A DNA stretch of 64,000 bases from a bacterium. GTDB taxonomy: Bacteria > SAR324 > NAC60-12. Positions 1-10,581 of this stretch are shown here, one piece after another. Both the position numbers and the translations under genes were made by a program. The stretch covers positions 640,001 through 704,000 of the forward strand of contig CBDBHR010000030.1 of NCBI GenBank assembly GCA_965205865.1, given 5' to 3'. The first letter of the stretch is position 1. The number at the start of each line of letters is the position of its first letter. The notes beneath the pieces were generated by a model, which was not told where the DNA came from, ran no database searches, and worked only from the letters and a program-made list of their open reading frames with translations.

Positions 1-2
1 AT

Positions 3-437
3 GAGGCGCTTCAATGGTTGTATTGGCAGGTAGGAAATTTAGGTCCGATGGCAGGGCAACTGAGTCATTTTATCAACTATACTCAGGAAAAAAACCATTA
101 TGCATTGCAGCGCTATGGGAATGAGTACAATCGCTTGTTTGGAGTGTTGGAACGGCAATTGGAAAAGCGCGATTTCCTGGCGGGAGATTACTCCATTGCG
201 GATATGGCTTCGTTTCCCTGGATTGTCCCTTATCAAAGATTTGAGCAGAGTTTTGATGATTTTCCGCGTCTGCGCCGCTGGTTTGAGACCATGAAGGCCC
301 GCCCTGCCGTGCAGAAAGGTGTGGATACCGGCAAGGAATTGCGCGAGCAATCCCCAAACAACGATGAGGAATCTCGTAAGATTTTATTTGGCCAAACGGC
401 TAAATCAATTGCCGAAGCGGCTGATAAATCGAATTGA
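3..437 (+). CDS. Glutathione S-transferase, YfcG/YghU-like (5' partial)
   Basis: WLYWQVGNLGPMAGQ...RLFGVLERQL...FLAGDYSIADMASFPW is the GST C-terminal domain pattern; the frame is open to the window edge. Confidence 0.85.
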   Translation, partial: EALQWLYWQVGNLGPMAGQLSHFINYTQEKNHYALQRYGNEYNRLFGVLERQLEKRDFLAGDYSIADMASFPWIVPYQRFEQSFDDFPRLRRWFETMKARPAVQKGVDTGKELREQSPNNDEESRKILFGQTAKSIAEAADKSN

Positions 438-740
438 TTGCCAATCTCAAATCCCTGAACGCTCCTCCAACCCCTGGCAGAGGGTTGAGGGAGCCCATCG
501 AAAATTCTTCGAAATGCAGAAATGCGATAGACACTGAAAAAACGATCGCAGATCCTGTCATGATACGGAGGACCCGTTGCGCAGGACGCGACCCGCGCAC
601 TCACCAGTCAGTTCATCGTCGAGTAGCGCAAGCTGACCATTGCGAACGGTCGCCTTATCAAGATCGTCTCGCTTCGCTGTCGACGAACTCGAAATCCCTA
701 TTGAGCGACTGATCACAGAATCCTCTCTCGAAGCCATTTT

Positions 741-1484
741 TCAAGTTACCCACTGAAAGGGGAGAGGACCCGGGCTGGGAATCTCGGGGGGCAGTCCGAA
801 TCCGAGGAAACTCAGCGAGGCCTCGGTAATGATGACCCCACCGATGTTGATGGAGAAGACGATGATAAGGGGCGTCATGATATTGGGCAGAACATGGCGG
901 ATCAGAATTCGGCTGGTCGGGGTACCTACGGCCCTGGCTGCCAGAAAATAGTCATTTTCTTTGACCCCAATCACCGCGCCGCGGACCACTCGGGAACCGA
1001 CGATGCCGCCGGATATTCCCAGCACCAGGATCAGCTGGAACAACCCCTGCCCCACAATGGACATGATGGTCAACAAGAGCAGCAGTCCCGGAAAGGCCAT
1101 CCAGGCATCGACAAAGCGCTGTACCGCCAGGTCCAATTTCCCCCCAAGGAATCCTGAAATGCCGCCGATCAGGGTGGCGACGACCACATTGAGCAGGGTC
1201 GCGGCCAAACCAACCAGCATGGAAACCCTGGCCCCAAAGATCAGGCGGCTCAACAAGTCCCGTCCCAACTGGTCAGCCCCCAGCAGAAACTGGGCGGATG
1301 GGGCTTTCAGTATGGCGGGCAGGTGCACTTCATCAAAAGGGTAAGGCGCCAGCGCCTCGGCGAAAAGCGCCACCAGAATAAAGAGCAAGACGATGATCCC
1401 GCAGACCGTCCCCAGGGGCTTCTCCCGCCACAGCCTATTGATAACGTCCGCCAGCCGGCCCTGTCGCCTGGGTTCACTATTCAT
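741..1484 (-). pseudogene. Dpp/Opp ABC permease (DppC-like), 3'-truncated
   Basis: LLGADQLGRDLLSRLIFGARVS and the EAA region match paralog 17265-18233, but similarity stops at GLPPEIPS (~772) and the last TM segment and tail are missing. Confidence 0.8.
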
Positions 1485-2475
1485 ACCGTACCCTGGGATC
1501 CAAATAAGCATAAAGCAGGTCGATGAGGAGATTGATCCCCACCACCACGGTGGCGAAAAACATGTTGATGCCGGAGATCACCGGGTAGTCCCGGTCAGAA
1601 AGTGCCGTGAGCATCAGACGACCCAACCCCGGCAGGTTGAAGATGTTCTCCATGATCACGGCGCCTCCGACCAGGATGGGCAACTGCAGGCCAATCAGGG
1701 AGACGACCGGGATGAGGGCATTTTTGATAGTATGCCGGATGATCACGATCCGCTCCCGGAGCCCCTTGGACCAGGCGGTGCGGATGTAGTCCTGCCGCAG
1801 CACTTCCAGCATCGTGGTGCGCATCAGCCGCATGGTGGCCGCCGCCATCGCCGTTCCCAAAATCACGCTGGGAATGATCAACATCCCGAGATTCCCCAGC
1901 GGGTCTTCGCTGAAAGGAACCCACTCCATCGGCGGCGTCCACGCCCACCAGAGGGAGGGGTAGAGCACGGCCATGGTAGCCAACCAGAAGTTGGGCGTAG
2001 CCAGGCCGAGGATGGCGAAGGAGCGCCCAGCGTAGTCGGCGGCGGTATCCTGGCGAATCGCCGAGTAGATGCCGACCGGCAGCGCGATCAAGAGCCCGAT
2101 GAGGATTGCCATGACACCCAGCTCAATGGTTACCGGCAGTCTACCTAATATCTTCTCCTCTACCGGCCAAGCGCCCAACAGTGACTCGCCAAGGGCGCCC
2201 TGGAGGAGACCTCTAAAGTGGGACTCACCGGTAATAAAGTCAGGGGTCGGCAACACGCCTAGCCAGCGTCCATACTGCACGTGCACAGGCACGTCCAATC
2301 CCAGCATACGCTCGAGAGCTGCACGGTCTACCTTATTGGCCGCGAATTCCGGTTTACCCATCATTGCGTCTATGACATCGCCCGGGATGAAGCGCACCGA
2401 GAGAAAGACCAGGATGGTCAATAGAAACAGGGTGGGGATGATCAGCAATAACCGCCGGATGATGTACGCTCTCAT
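1477..2475 (-). CDS. Dpp/Opp ABC permease (DppB-like)
   Basis: MRAYIIRRLL...FIPGD...EVLRQDYIRTAWSKGL...ENIFNLPGLG...DPRVRY. Confidence 0.93.
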   Translation of the reverse strand: MRAYIIRRLLLIIPTLFLLTILVFLSVRFIPGDVIDAMMGKPEFAANKVDRAALERMLGLDVPVHVQYGRWLGVLPTPDFITGESHFRGLLQGALGESLLGAWPVEEKILGRLPVTIELGVMAILIGLLIALPVGIYSAIRQDTAADYAGRSFAILGLATPNFWLATMAVLYPSLWWAWTPPMEWVPFSEDPLGNLGMLIIPSVILGTAMAAATMRLMRTTMLEVLRQDYIRTAWSKGLRERIVIIRHTIKNALIPVVSLIGLQLPILVGGAVIMENIFNLPGLGRLMLTALSDRDYPVISGINMFFATVVVGINLLIDLLYAYLDPRVRYE

Positions 2476-2485
2476 GGGAAACCCA

Positions 2486-4273
2486 CTAATGCCCCATTTC
2501 TTTCTTCAGCGCACTATCAATCCAGAAGCGGGCGTACTGGACATAGAACTCCCCGCCCCCAAGGGCGCCTGAGTCCATTTCACCGTTATAGCCTATGAGC
2601 CACGGCTGGGCTAAATAGAATTGTGGACCTCTAGGACCAAATATATGCATGTGCTTCCCTATCGCGTACATATCTACCTCTGCAATCAGCCTCTTCTGCT
2701 CCTCAAGGGTCGGAGCGGCTAGGGCGGCGTCAACCATGGCATTAAGCTCATGCCACTGGTGTCCGGTCCTGTTAAAGGTCGGATGATCCGAGCGAAGCCA
2801 GAGTGCCATATCCTTAGGGTCAAACTTGGAGGCCGTAATGTCACTGTTGATGCCTTCAAAAGTACCCGAAGTTATCCTCTCGTTGTATTCGGCGTCGGTC
2901 AGAACATCAATCTCGACCTCGACGCCAATCTCAGCCCAGTAGGCGGCAGCTATTTCTGCAAAGTCTAAGCTTCCACCACCTGACGCGTAATTCAGAGTGG
3001 TCTTGAATCTAATGCCGTCTGCACCGCGCGGATATTCCGCCTCATCAAGGAGCTTCTCGGCAGCTGCCGGGTCATACCTGTACCATTGCTTGACCTCGGC
3101 GGGCCACTCATCAAATGGGATGTAATACCCTTTCACCCCTATCAACCCGAAAGGTGTCGGATCTGCTCGACCCGACCAGAGCGTAGCCGCCGAAGTCTTG
3201 TTGTCGAGTGCCATCTGCATTGCGTGGCGCACGTTGATGTCGTCAAAGGGCGGCTTGCGCACGTCAAGAGTAAAAGAATCATTCGACCGAAAATAGAAAA
3301 AGTGCGTCTCGATTTCGGGGTTGGTCCGCTGTACGCTCAGTACCGCGTCCAAATCAGTAACCTGCCGATGGTAATCAAGCTTGCCTGAGCGTAGTGCTGC
3401 CAAACTTGTTGATAACTCTGGAATGGCCAAAAGCTTTAACTCGTCAACGTAGGGCAAGCGGTTCTCCGGGTATTTTGGGTCGAAGCCCCAGTAGTCAGGA
3501 TTTTTGGTCCAGGTGACAGAGGCGCCCTCGACTCGGTCAGTCATCATAAAGGGCCCGGTGCCGACCAGGTTCCTCCAGTCCTTAACGTCGCCGTGTTGCT
3601 CGATTACCTCGGGGGGCATTATGAAACCAATGTGCCCGACGGTCATAAACCCCAGCGCAGGGAGGTATGGCTCCTTCAGCTTCATCACGACCGTCGCATC
3701 GTCGGTGGCCGTTATCGATTCCCATGGGACGGTTTTGCCTGCGTAAGCCATTACGGTCGGTCCGGCCTCGGTGAACTTGCCCAGACCCAACACCCGGTTG
3801 AAGTTGTATGCGACATCATCGGCAGTTAGCTCCCGACCGTTCATCGGTGCCTTATTATGCCAGCGAATGCCCGGGCGGATGTGGAAGGTATAGGTGAGCC
3901 CGTCCGGGGAAATTTCCCAGCTTTCCGCCAGCGCCCCTATTATGAATTCTTCAGGGATGAAGTGGCTTTTGAAGTCAAATACGTCCCTATCTATTCCCCA
4001 GTTCCCGATGCCCAGCTTCTCCACAACGCCCGAGACGGTGATGACCCCCCAGTTGAAATAGGGGTCAGGAGGCCAATCAGTAGCAATCCCAAACCCGTTG
4101 AAGGTGATTGTCCCGCCATACTCAGGTGCACTCACTACTTTTCCAGTGGTGGGATCCGTCACATACTTCTTCTCAGCAGCAACGGCTGCCGAACCAGTCC
4201 AAAGGACGATCAGACCCAGGATGAGGGCCGGCAGGGTTGCACTGAAGGTTGATTTGCTTTTTAGATTATCCAT
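2486..4273 (-). CDS. ABC substrate-binding protein family 5 (DppA/OppA-like), copy 1
   Basis: Signal peptide ending AAVAA; LAESWEIS..TYTFHIR, VGTGPF, PPFDDINVRHAM motifs; ATG 4273 chosen by comparison with paralogs. Confidence 0.92.
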   Translation of the reverse strand: MDNLKSKSTFSATLPALILGLIVLWTGSAAVAAEKKYVTDPTTGKVVSAPEYGGTITFNGFGIATDWPPDPYFNWGVITVSGVVEKLGIGNWGIDRDVFDFKSHFIPEEFIIGALAESWEISPDGLTYTFHIRPGIRWHNKAPMNGRELTADDVAYNFNRVLGLGKFTEAGPTVMAYAGKTVPWESITATDDATVVMKLKEPYLPALGFMTVGHIGFIMPPEVIEQHGDVKDWRNLVGTGPFMMTDRVEGASVTWTKNPDYWGFDPKYPENRLPYVDELKLLAIPELSTSLAALRSGKLDYHRQVTDLDAVLSVQRTNPEIETHFFYFRSNDSFTLDVRKPPFDDINVRHAMQMALDNKTSAATLWSGRADPTPFGLIGVKGYYIPFDEWPAEVKQWYRYDPAAAEKLLDEAEYPRGADGIRFKTTLNYASGGGSLDFAEIAAAYWAEIGVEVEIDVLTDAEYNERITSGTFEGINSDITASKFDPKDMALWLRSDHPTFNRTGHQWHELNAMVDAALAAPTLEEQKRLIAEVDMYAIGKHMHIFGPRGPQFYLAQPWLIGYNGEMDSGALGGGEFYVQYARFWIDSALKKEMGH

Positions 4274-4559
4274 CTTTTTCCTTTCTGCTTTTTGATTAAA
4301 AACAAGATTAAGAATTGCTTTAAAACCTGCGTTCGTTCCCAAAAGCACGTTGTTGAGGATTTCTCTTTACATTGGGTCTCCTTCATTTTGGAGTGATCAA
4401 AAAACCGATTCATTGGCTCCAGGATGGGGCCATGAACCCTGAGCTTTCAATTCTCTTGAGGAATTTCTATTGGCTGAAATGAACTGAGGAATCTTAAGGA
4501 TCTCTCCCTCTCGGACTAGGCGTCGCCGTCGGGATGAGATAAGGGGGGACAACCCAATG

Positions 4560-4597
4560 AACTTGGGAACTGGGAGCTTGGAGCTTAGAACTTGGGG
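4560..4597. repeat. Degenerate heptamer tandem repeat (~5 units)
   Basis: aacttgg gaactgg gagcttg gagctta gaacttg; same position relative to the promoter as the longer array at 22588-22704. Confidence 0.6.
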
Positions 4598-4610
4598 TGC
4601 CGGGTAATTG

Positions 4611-4639
4611 ATGATACTCGCATTTTAACCTTTTGTCAA
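4611..4639 (-). promoter_or_regulatory. Putative sigma70 promoter of ABC cassette 1
   Basis: TTGACA-N17-TATCAT on the minus strand; positionally conserved at 22710-22739. Confidence 0.6.
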
Positions 4640-4680
4640 AATGTTTTTTATACTTGAAACGGGTTAATTTCAGACTTTCA

Positions 4681-4735
4681 TGTCATCCTGATGGTCTGCC
4701 CGGTCCGCGTACGGGAAGCGGCAAAGCGAAGAATC
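4681..4735. repeat. REP-like palindromic element (GTCATCCTGA...GCGAAGAATC type)
   Basis: Homologous to 22775-22816 with a variable internal GCC..GGC stem; same family as the interior of the 27259 MITE. Confidence 0.45.
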
Positions 4736-5144
4736 GCCTTATTGCCTTTCCGTCAGCCCAAGGCGATTTCGTTGAAAATTATCAAAAAAGAAAAAAACAA
4801 GCCGAAATTCTTAAAAACCTCCAGCAAAAGGCGATTTCTTGAAAACTATCACAAAAGAACGATGATGACAAAATCCTGGTAGATTTCATGATCCCCTTCA
4901 GTATCCTCTCTATATAACAATATTGAGAGGAGGTCAATCAATTTTTTTTCTCCTCTTCACTCCTCAGTGGCGAGTGCTTGTCTCATCCAGGAGTTGATCC
5001 TGGCTGCTCTCTGTGTCAGTCCTTGAAAATACGGGGCAATCCTGCCCTTCCCGGAACGAAATGCATGGGATGCAGAGCGCATCATTTCAAGGAGTGATGC
5101 GCATTCAAAATAAGCAGCTTTCGCAAAAAGTTGATTGAGCTTGC

Positions 5145-5196
5145 TTAAGAGCGATTGAGTTGAGAAGTTTCCAAAACCATCAGCGCTTTGTGAAGA
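5145..5196 (-). pseudogene. Collapsed remnant of a DUF2887/Rpn gene
   Basis: Encodes LHKALMVLE and SQLNRS*, matching LHKSLMVLE and SQLNLS* of the gene at 23524-24369. Confidence 0.6.
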
Positions 5197-5345
5197 ATTT
5201 CATCCCTCTTGACTCTTCCTCAACATGCATTGGCCCTCCCTCCTCTTCTTTCCCAGTTGAGAATCATTTTATATTGTTTCCTTTGGTGGCAATGTGTTAT
5301 CGTTTATTGTGATTCGACTAGTAACAATTCAAGAAGAAAAAAAAG

Positions 5346-5470
5346 TGCCAACAAAACGGTTCACTGGACGCCCACCCCTGCGCTTTTCACCAAGTTTTGT
5401 AGCAGGGTGTCCGTTCATCTCTATTCCAATGGTCATTATCGGGTGGGCGCAAGTGACCTTGACGTTCGAT
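5346..5470 (+). other. Integron attC site 1
   Basis: R'' TGCCAAC, 5-nt spacer, L'' GGTTCAC / L' GTGACC with one extra base, second extra base in TGG(A)CGCCCACCC / GGGTGGGCGCAA, R' GTTCGAT; 125 bp. Confidence 0.75.
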
Positions 5471-5497
5471 TCGTGAAATATTCAAGAGATGAAGAAG

Positions 5498-5710
5498 TTA
5501 TTCACCATACATTTCTGTGATCATTCTTCTTAATAATTTGGGAGATTGGGTAGGGAGGTGATCAATTTTATTTTTCAAACGCTGCATACTAATGGCTCGG
5601 ATCTGATCAATGGCAATCTCTGAAGGAGTCCCCGCACAATCAACTTGAAGACGACTAGGCCCTTTTAAATGAAGCGCTGAGGTCAATGGGCAAACAACAA
5701 CCGTATTTGC
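5498..5710 (-). pseudogene. MazF/PemK toxin, 5'-truncated
   Basis: TVVVCPLTS...IAIDQIRAISMQRL is the PemK C-terminal half; the N-terminus is replaced by a palindromic element. Confidence 0.75.
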
Positions 5711-5915
5711 TCCAACGGAGTATCTCATCATAGCATGGGGTGGAGCGTAGCGGAACCCTATGAGCAACCAAGGGCCAGAAATAGCACTCTGAAGGAGTGC
5801 TTCATCAACCAGATGGGGAGGGAGCCTGAAGCACTCTTGCAGCGTGCGATTTTCTGTATTTTTTCATTCCCTGGGTTGACACCCAGGGCTTTTATGGGAG
5901 TCCCCCTTCAGGAGA
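5710..5915. repeat. Multi-hairpin REP-like element
   Basis: Hairpins catggggtggagcgtagcggaaccctatg, agcactctgaaggagtgct, ccctgggttgacacccaggg. Confidence 0.55.
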
Positions 5916-5957
5916 TGAGGAGGGGTGAGAAGAGAAAAACAGTCATCCGTTTCCGGT

Positions 5958-5992
5958 AAAAAACTCCCTCCCACCCGCTGGGCCGGAGGGAG
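5958..5992 (-). terminator. Intrinsic terminator after SBP copy 2
   Basis: CTCCCTCC-loop-GGAGGGAG followed by T6 on the minus strand. Confidence 0.7.
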
Positions 5993-6027
5993 GGAGGGAG
6001 GAACAGAGGCGAGTTTCGAGGTATTGT

Positions 6028-7842
6028 CTAGAACCCCATTTCTTTCTTCAGATCCTGGTCAATCCAGAGGCGGGCAAAAACGATAACAGCACCGTTATTA
6101 TCATGCAAGTCGGTTTCACCGTTAAAACCTTTGACCCACGGCCAAGACGCAGAGAACTGGGGTACTTTCGTACCCCACAGCACCAAGTGGTTCTCTACAA
6201 TATACATATTTGCCGCTTTAACCGCCCGCTGCTGCTCCTCGAGAGTCTTCGCCGCTGCCGCGGCTTCATACAAGGCCTCGTACGCCGGGAACCCGCCTCC
6301 GTGCAGGTTCATCCCTTGTAGCGAATGGTTCCGTAAGGGTTGGAGCACCTCTAAATAATCCATGCCCGAAGCCGTCCAGGCCAGACCTTCAAAATCATGT
6401 CCTGAAAAGATACGAGCGCCAGCAGTAGGGGCGTCCACTGCATCAATCTTGACCTCAATGCCGATCTTCGCCCAGTAGCCGACCACTAATTCGGTATATT
6501 CCACAGCCTGATGGACAACGCTGTGGACGACGTCGGTCTTGAACCTCACCCCGTCCGCGCCGCGCGGATATCCAGCCTCATCCAGGAGCTCCTCGGCCCT
6601 TTCCGGGTGATAGGTATATTCTTGCTGAAGCGCTTCAGGCCACTCTTCAAATGGGGTGTTGTACCCAACGACAGCATCCCCAATGAGGCCCTGAGGTTTC
6701 CACAATCCGTAGCCCCTATAGAAGGTGTTGTTAATGGTCTCGTGGTCCAGTGCCATCTGCATAGCCTTGCGCACCCGGATGTCGCTCAGTGGTGGCTTGA
6801 CTCCTTCCACAGCATAAGCCGTATTAGACCGGAAGACATACGGCCAAAGTTCGATTTCGGGGTTGGTCCGCTGGAGGCTCTCTACCTGGTCCATCGACTT
6901 GAGATCAGTACCGCCGGGCTTACCTATGATATCAACCTTACCCGAGCGGAGTGCCGCAATATAGGTTGCCACTTCTTTCATAAACAGCGTCCTTATCTCC
7001 TCAATATAGGGCAGGCGGTTCTGTGGGTATTTTTCGTCGGTGCCCCAGTAGTGAGGATTCTTGGTCCACCTCATTGAGCTGCCTTCGACATAGTCCCTCA
7101 GCTCATAGGGACCGGTGCCGACCACGTTCCGCCAATCCTTAACGTCGCCGTATTGCTCGATGACCTCGGGGGGCATTATATTTGAAGCCCAGTGGTTTAG
7201 GAACATCGTGAGCCTACCGAATGGTAGTGGCTCCTTCAGCTTATAAACAACCGTCCATTTGTCGGTGGCCGTTATCGATTCGACGGGGAGATTGACGAAG
7301 GCGTCACCATACTGCACCGGTGGCTTGTTTTCCGCGGTGAAGCCACTGCCAAGACCGTATACTCGGTGCAAGTTGTATTCGACATCAGAGGCAGTCAACT
7401 CCCGGCCGGACATCGGCGCCTTTTCATGCCAGTGAACCCCCTGGCGGATGTGCAAGATAATCGTGAGGGGGTCGGGCGTTTCCCAGCTTTCGGCCAACTG
7501 CCCTTTCATGACCCACAGAGGACGAAACGTGGGTGATCTCATGGCATATTCGTTCCGATCTATTCCCCAGTTCACGATGGCTAGGCTCTCTACAACGCCA
7601 CCGATGGCATTTACCGCCCAAGGATGGAAATGGGAGTCGAACGTCGGAGGCGTGATCTTCGAAGCAAAGGTGAGTGTCCCGCCATATTCAGGAGCGGTTA
7701 CTACCTTGCCTGTACTGGGATCGGTCACATACTTCTGAGCGGAAGCGGAGCTGACCCAGAAAGCAGTCACCATCAGGGTGAGGGTGAGCAACCAGGATTG
7801 CAGTTTTGCCGCAGACAAAGAGCCTGCCGGATTCAGCCCCAC
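6028..7842 (-). CDS. ABC substrate-binding protein family 5, copy 2 (stand-alone, no permeases)
   Basis: Same motifs as copy 1 (KYVTDPSTGKVVTAPEYGG ... RLWIDQDLKKEMG); start codon uncertain. Confidence 0.92.
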   Translation of the reverse strand: MGLNPAGSLSAAKLQSWLLTLTLMVTAFWVSSASAQKYVTDPSTGKVVTAPEYGGTLTFASKITPPTFDSHFHPWAVNAIGGVVESLAIVNWGIDRNEYAMRSPTFRPLWVMKGQLAESWETPDPLTIILHIRQGVHWHEKAPMSGRELTASDVEYNLHRVYGLGSGFTAENKPPVQYGDAFVNLPVESITATDKWTVVYKLKEPLPFGRLTMFLNHWASNIMPPEVIEQYGDVKDWRNVVGTGPYELRDYVEGSSMRWTKNPHYWGTDEKYPQNRLPYIEEIRTLFMKEVATYIAALRSGKVDIIGKPGGTDLKSMDQVESLQRTNPEIELWPYVFRSNTAYAVEGVKPPLSDIRVRKAMQMALDHETINNTFYRGYGLWKPQGLIGDAVVGYNTPFEEWPEALQQEYTYHPERAEELLDEAGYPRGADGVRFKTDVVHSVVHQAVEYTELVVGYWAKIGIEVKIDAVDAPTAGARIFSGHDFEGLAWTASGMDYLEVLQPLRNHSLQGMNLHGGGFPAYEALYEAAAAAKTLEEQQRAVKAANMYIVENHLVLWGTKVPQFSASWPWVKGFNGETDLHDNNGAVIVFARLWIDQDLKKEMGF

Positions 7843-7942
7843 GAGAGGGGCAACGCATTACTTTATTATACTAATCATTGGTACCTCGTTCAATGGAGGG
7901 TGGCCAAAACGATTCACCCGTGGGGCGAATCGGATGAGGAAC

Positions 7943-8077
7943 GTAACTATTTAGGTCTCTGAAAAACCCGTTTATTAAATATCGTTAAAAAAGATTCCCG
8001 GAGAGGATCGATCGTTTTCAAGTCCTCCCACGATATTGTTCAATCGATCAGAAACCCTCTTCTTTCATAAACACAAC
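7943..8077. mobile_element. Orphan IS66 end plus partial promoter/repeat module (target of the complete IS66)
   Basis: Begins GTAACTATTTAGGTCTCT and is near-identical to 8078-8212; its sequence resumes at 10661 (aacacaactta). Confidence 0.75.
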
Positions 8078-8094
8078 GTAACTATTTAGGTCTC

Positions 8095-8775
8095 TGAAAA
8101 ACCCGTTTAGTTAAATATCGTTAAAAAAGATTCCCGGAGAGGATCGATCGTTTTCAAGTCCTCCCACAATATTGTTCAATCGATCGGAAACCCTCTTCTT
8201 TCATGACAACAACTTAACGAAGGCGTGATTATAACACAATAAATAATGTCAACCCCCTGACGTAAAATTAATTCGGGATTCGCAAAAAAATTTAAAAAAA
8301 CAATAAATCTGCTCAAATCCGGGGACAGTCAGAAGCCGTTTAGTTCAATATCGGTAAAAAAAGATTCCCGAAGAGGATCCATCACTTCACTTCCTCCCGC
8401 ACCTATTTTGAATCGAACGGGCGAGAACCCTCCCAAGATTTTGTTCAATCGATCGGGAACCCTCTTTCACCAAAGCAACTCAGCGATGGCAAGATTATAA
8501 CACAAAACAACACAATATCAACCCCCTGACATAAAATAAATGCGGGATTCGCAAAAAAAAACAAAAAATCAATAAATCTGCTCAAATCCGGGGACAGTCA
8601 GAAGCCGTTCAGTTCAATAACATTGAAAAAAGATTCCCGGGAAGGATCCATCGTTTTCACATCCTCCCGGGGTATTGTTCAATCGATCAAGCGGGAACCC
8701 TCCCACAGCTAATTTTGAATCAAACGAGCGGAAATCCTCTCCTTCCCTGAAACAACAAGGCATGATTTCAGCACT
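8095..8775 (-). repeat. Three tandem ~230-270 bp promoter/36-nt-repeat modules
   Basis: agaagccgtt recurs at 8331 and 8600 (period 269); homologous to 7943-8077, 22995-23227 and 32716-33017; TTGATA-N16-TATAAT at 8494-8521. Confidence 0.85.
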
Positions 8776-8859
8776 ACTACGCGGCGCAAAGCCTATAGCA
8801 AGTTTGGATCAGGAGAATTGCGCAACAATGGAGGTCAGCTATAAAAAGATATATTGCGG

Positions 8860-9030
8860 TCCATCTTCGGCATGAACCAAAAAGCGAATGTTCGCTCCAC
8901 AATCCAGCGTTTTTTCCAACGGCGATAATGATCGTAAACGCTTTGCCAGGGAGGTAAATCATGGGCAAGCATGCTCCACTGACAACTTGTTTTCAGGACA
9001 TACAAAATCGCATTGACGATGCTATGTTTG
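8860..9030 (-). pseudogene. IS5-family transposase remnant (internal deletion)
   Basis: IVNAILYVLKTSCQWSMLAHDLPPWQSVYDHYRRWK fused directly to KRWIVERTFA. Confidence 0.8.
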
Positions 9031-9084
9031 CTATGAATACTTTTGGCCACGCAGGGGGCGGAACGTTTAAAAAAAAGGAGAGTT

Positions 9085-10581
9085 TCAGTAACAAAGAGGA
9101 GCATGTGAAGGATGCAAAGCCTGAGTGAGCATCTCGAGGATGGATTTCCCCTGTTTTCTGGTAGTGGAAATGGCTCCTCGGATGATACAAAAAGCCTGAG
9201 ATCCTTCAGCCGTTCGAAAGCCGCCGGAGATTTTTTGTTTCAGTTTAACCATGCGCACATCTCGCTCGGCTTGGTTGTTGTCAAAAGGAACCCGGAAGTC
9301 ATCCATGAATAACAAGGTTTCCTTTTCATAGAGGATCAAGCGATCGAGTAAATTTTTGGCTTTGCTCTGTTTGGGGCGTCCTCGTTTCTTTGTTTGAGGA
9401 GGGGGAGGATAGAGCTTAAGGGCTTCTTGGGTGATATCACGATAGCGTTGCCGGAAGTGATCGAGTTGGATTGGACTCAAAGCAGATTGTTCTTTGAACT
9501 TGGCTTGGTCTACTTGCTCTTTGATCTCTACCAGTAAGTCGCTCATCTCCTGAGCCCACAAGGCCTTTTCTTGTTGATAGGCCCGAGTGAGTTCACGTAA
9601 ATGATGCGCATTGCAAAAGCCATGATCACACTCATAATGCTGGTAGCTCTCCCAGTGATCATGAATGGCTGTCTTTTCAAACTGAGGCAGGATACCGGCA
9701 GCATCCATTCCGGCTTGACCCCGTTTGTCGTGGATAAAATAAAAGGTCAGCTCTTCGGTAGAGGCTGAATGAAGCCAGCGACGTTGTTTGTTTTCAAACA
9801 GAGAGGTTTCATCAAAATGAACCACCTCCGCTTGAATCAGAGCTTCAGCCACTTGTTGTTGCAAGGGATAAAGCCTATGGGCGGCTTGCCGGAGGCTAGC
9901 ATAAATCGTAGCCGCATTGAGCGGCTGGCCGAACAGATCCTCAAAGAATTGCTGGCATCGATCAAAGGGCAGAAACTGATATTGATTGAGATAAACCGCT
10001 AAGCCTTTGATCCGGGGACCATATTGAGTGGGTGCCTCTATCCCTGCTGGAAAGCTCGAGTGATTCAGATGCCGGCAGCAGGGACAAATTTTTTGTTCCA
10101 CCTGGTGTTCAGTAACCTCTAATTGCAGAGAGGGGAGATCGAACACCTGACGTTTATGCGTGGCCTCAACCGCCACCTTGGATAAATCTTCTCCACAAGT
10201 TTCACAGGTGTTGACAAAATGAGGCTCCACATGATCTGGTGATTCACTGAAAGCCAAATGATGGCCTTTATGACCGGGTTGACCTCCGCGAGAGCGACCC
10301 CTGCTTTTACGTAAGCTTTTGTTCTTTCGACTTTGATCGGTGGAAGGAGGTTTACTTGAGTTTTGGCTGTTGAGAACCAGCTGATCCCAAAGTTGCTTAT
10401 TTTCTGTTTCGAGAGCTTCAATACGCTTATTTTCTATTTCGAGACGTTCGAGGAGTTTTAATCGCTCTTTCTTCCATTGGTCCCGTTCTTCTTCAAAGAG
10501 TTGACAAGCTTCTTGAAGAGCCTCAAGGAGGGAAGTCGATGAAATGGAATTAATATTTTTTTTTTGAAATTTCGAGAGCAT
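9085..10581 (-). CDS. IS66 family transposase
   Basis: NSQNSSKPPSTD, GGQPGHKG, CxxC zinc ribbon, HFDET, CNAHHLREL, VPFDNNQAERDVRMVKLKQKISGGFR. Confidence 0.95.
   Translation of the reverse strand: MLSKFQKKNINSISSTSLLEALQEACQLFEEERDQWKKERLKLLERLEIENKRIEALETENKQLWDQLVLNSQNSSKPPSTDQSRKNKSLRKSRGRSRGGQPGHKGHHLAFSESPDHVEPHFVNTCETCGEDLSKVAVEATHKRQVFDLPSLQLEVTEHQVEQKICPCCRHLNHSSFPAGIEAPTQYGPRIKGLAVYLNQYQFLPFDRCQQFFEDLFGQPLNAATIYASLRQAAHRLYPLQQQVAEALIQAEVVHFDETSLFENKQRRWLHSASTEELTFYFIHDKRGQAGMDAAGILPQFEKTAIHDHWESYQHYECDHGFCNAHHLRELTRAYQQEKALWAQEMSDLLVEIKEQVDQAKFKEQSALSPIQLDHFRQRYRDITQEALKLYPPPPQTKKRGRPKQSKAKNLLDRLILYEKETLLFMDDFRVPFDNNQAERDVRMVKLKQKISGGFRTAEGSQAFCIIRGAISTTRKQGKSILEMLTQALHPSHAPLCY

Noticed and set aside
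1393-2148. Long plus-strand ORFs opposite ABC genes (also 31205-32218, 62988-63857)
   Set aside because: Antisense shadows of GC-rich coding sequence with no recognisable motifs
4681-4735. Hammerhead ribozyme or riboswitch (CTGATGG...CGAAG)
   Set aside because: Core deviates from CUGANGA/GAAA, it lies upstream of the predicted promoter, and it fits a REP-like family better
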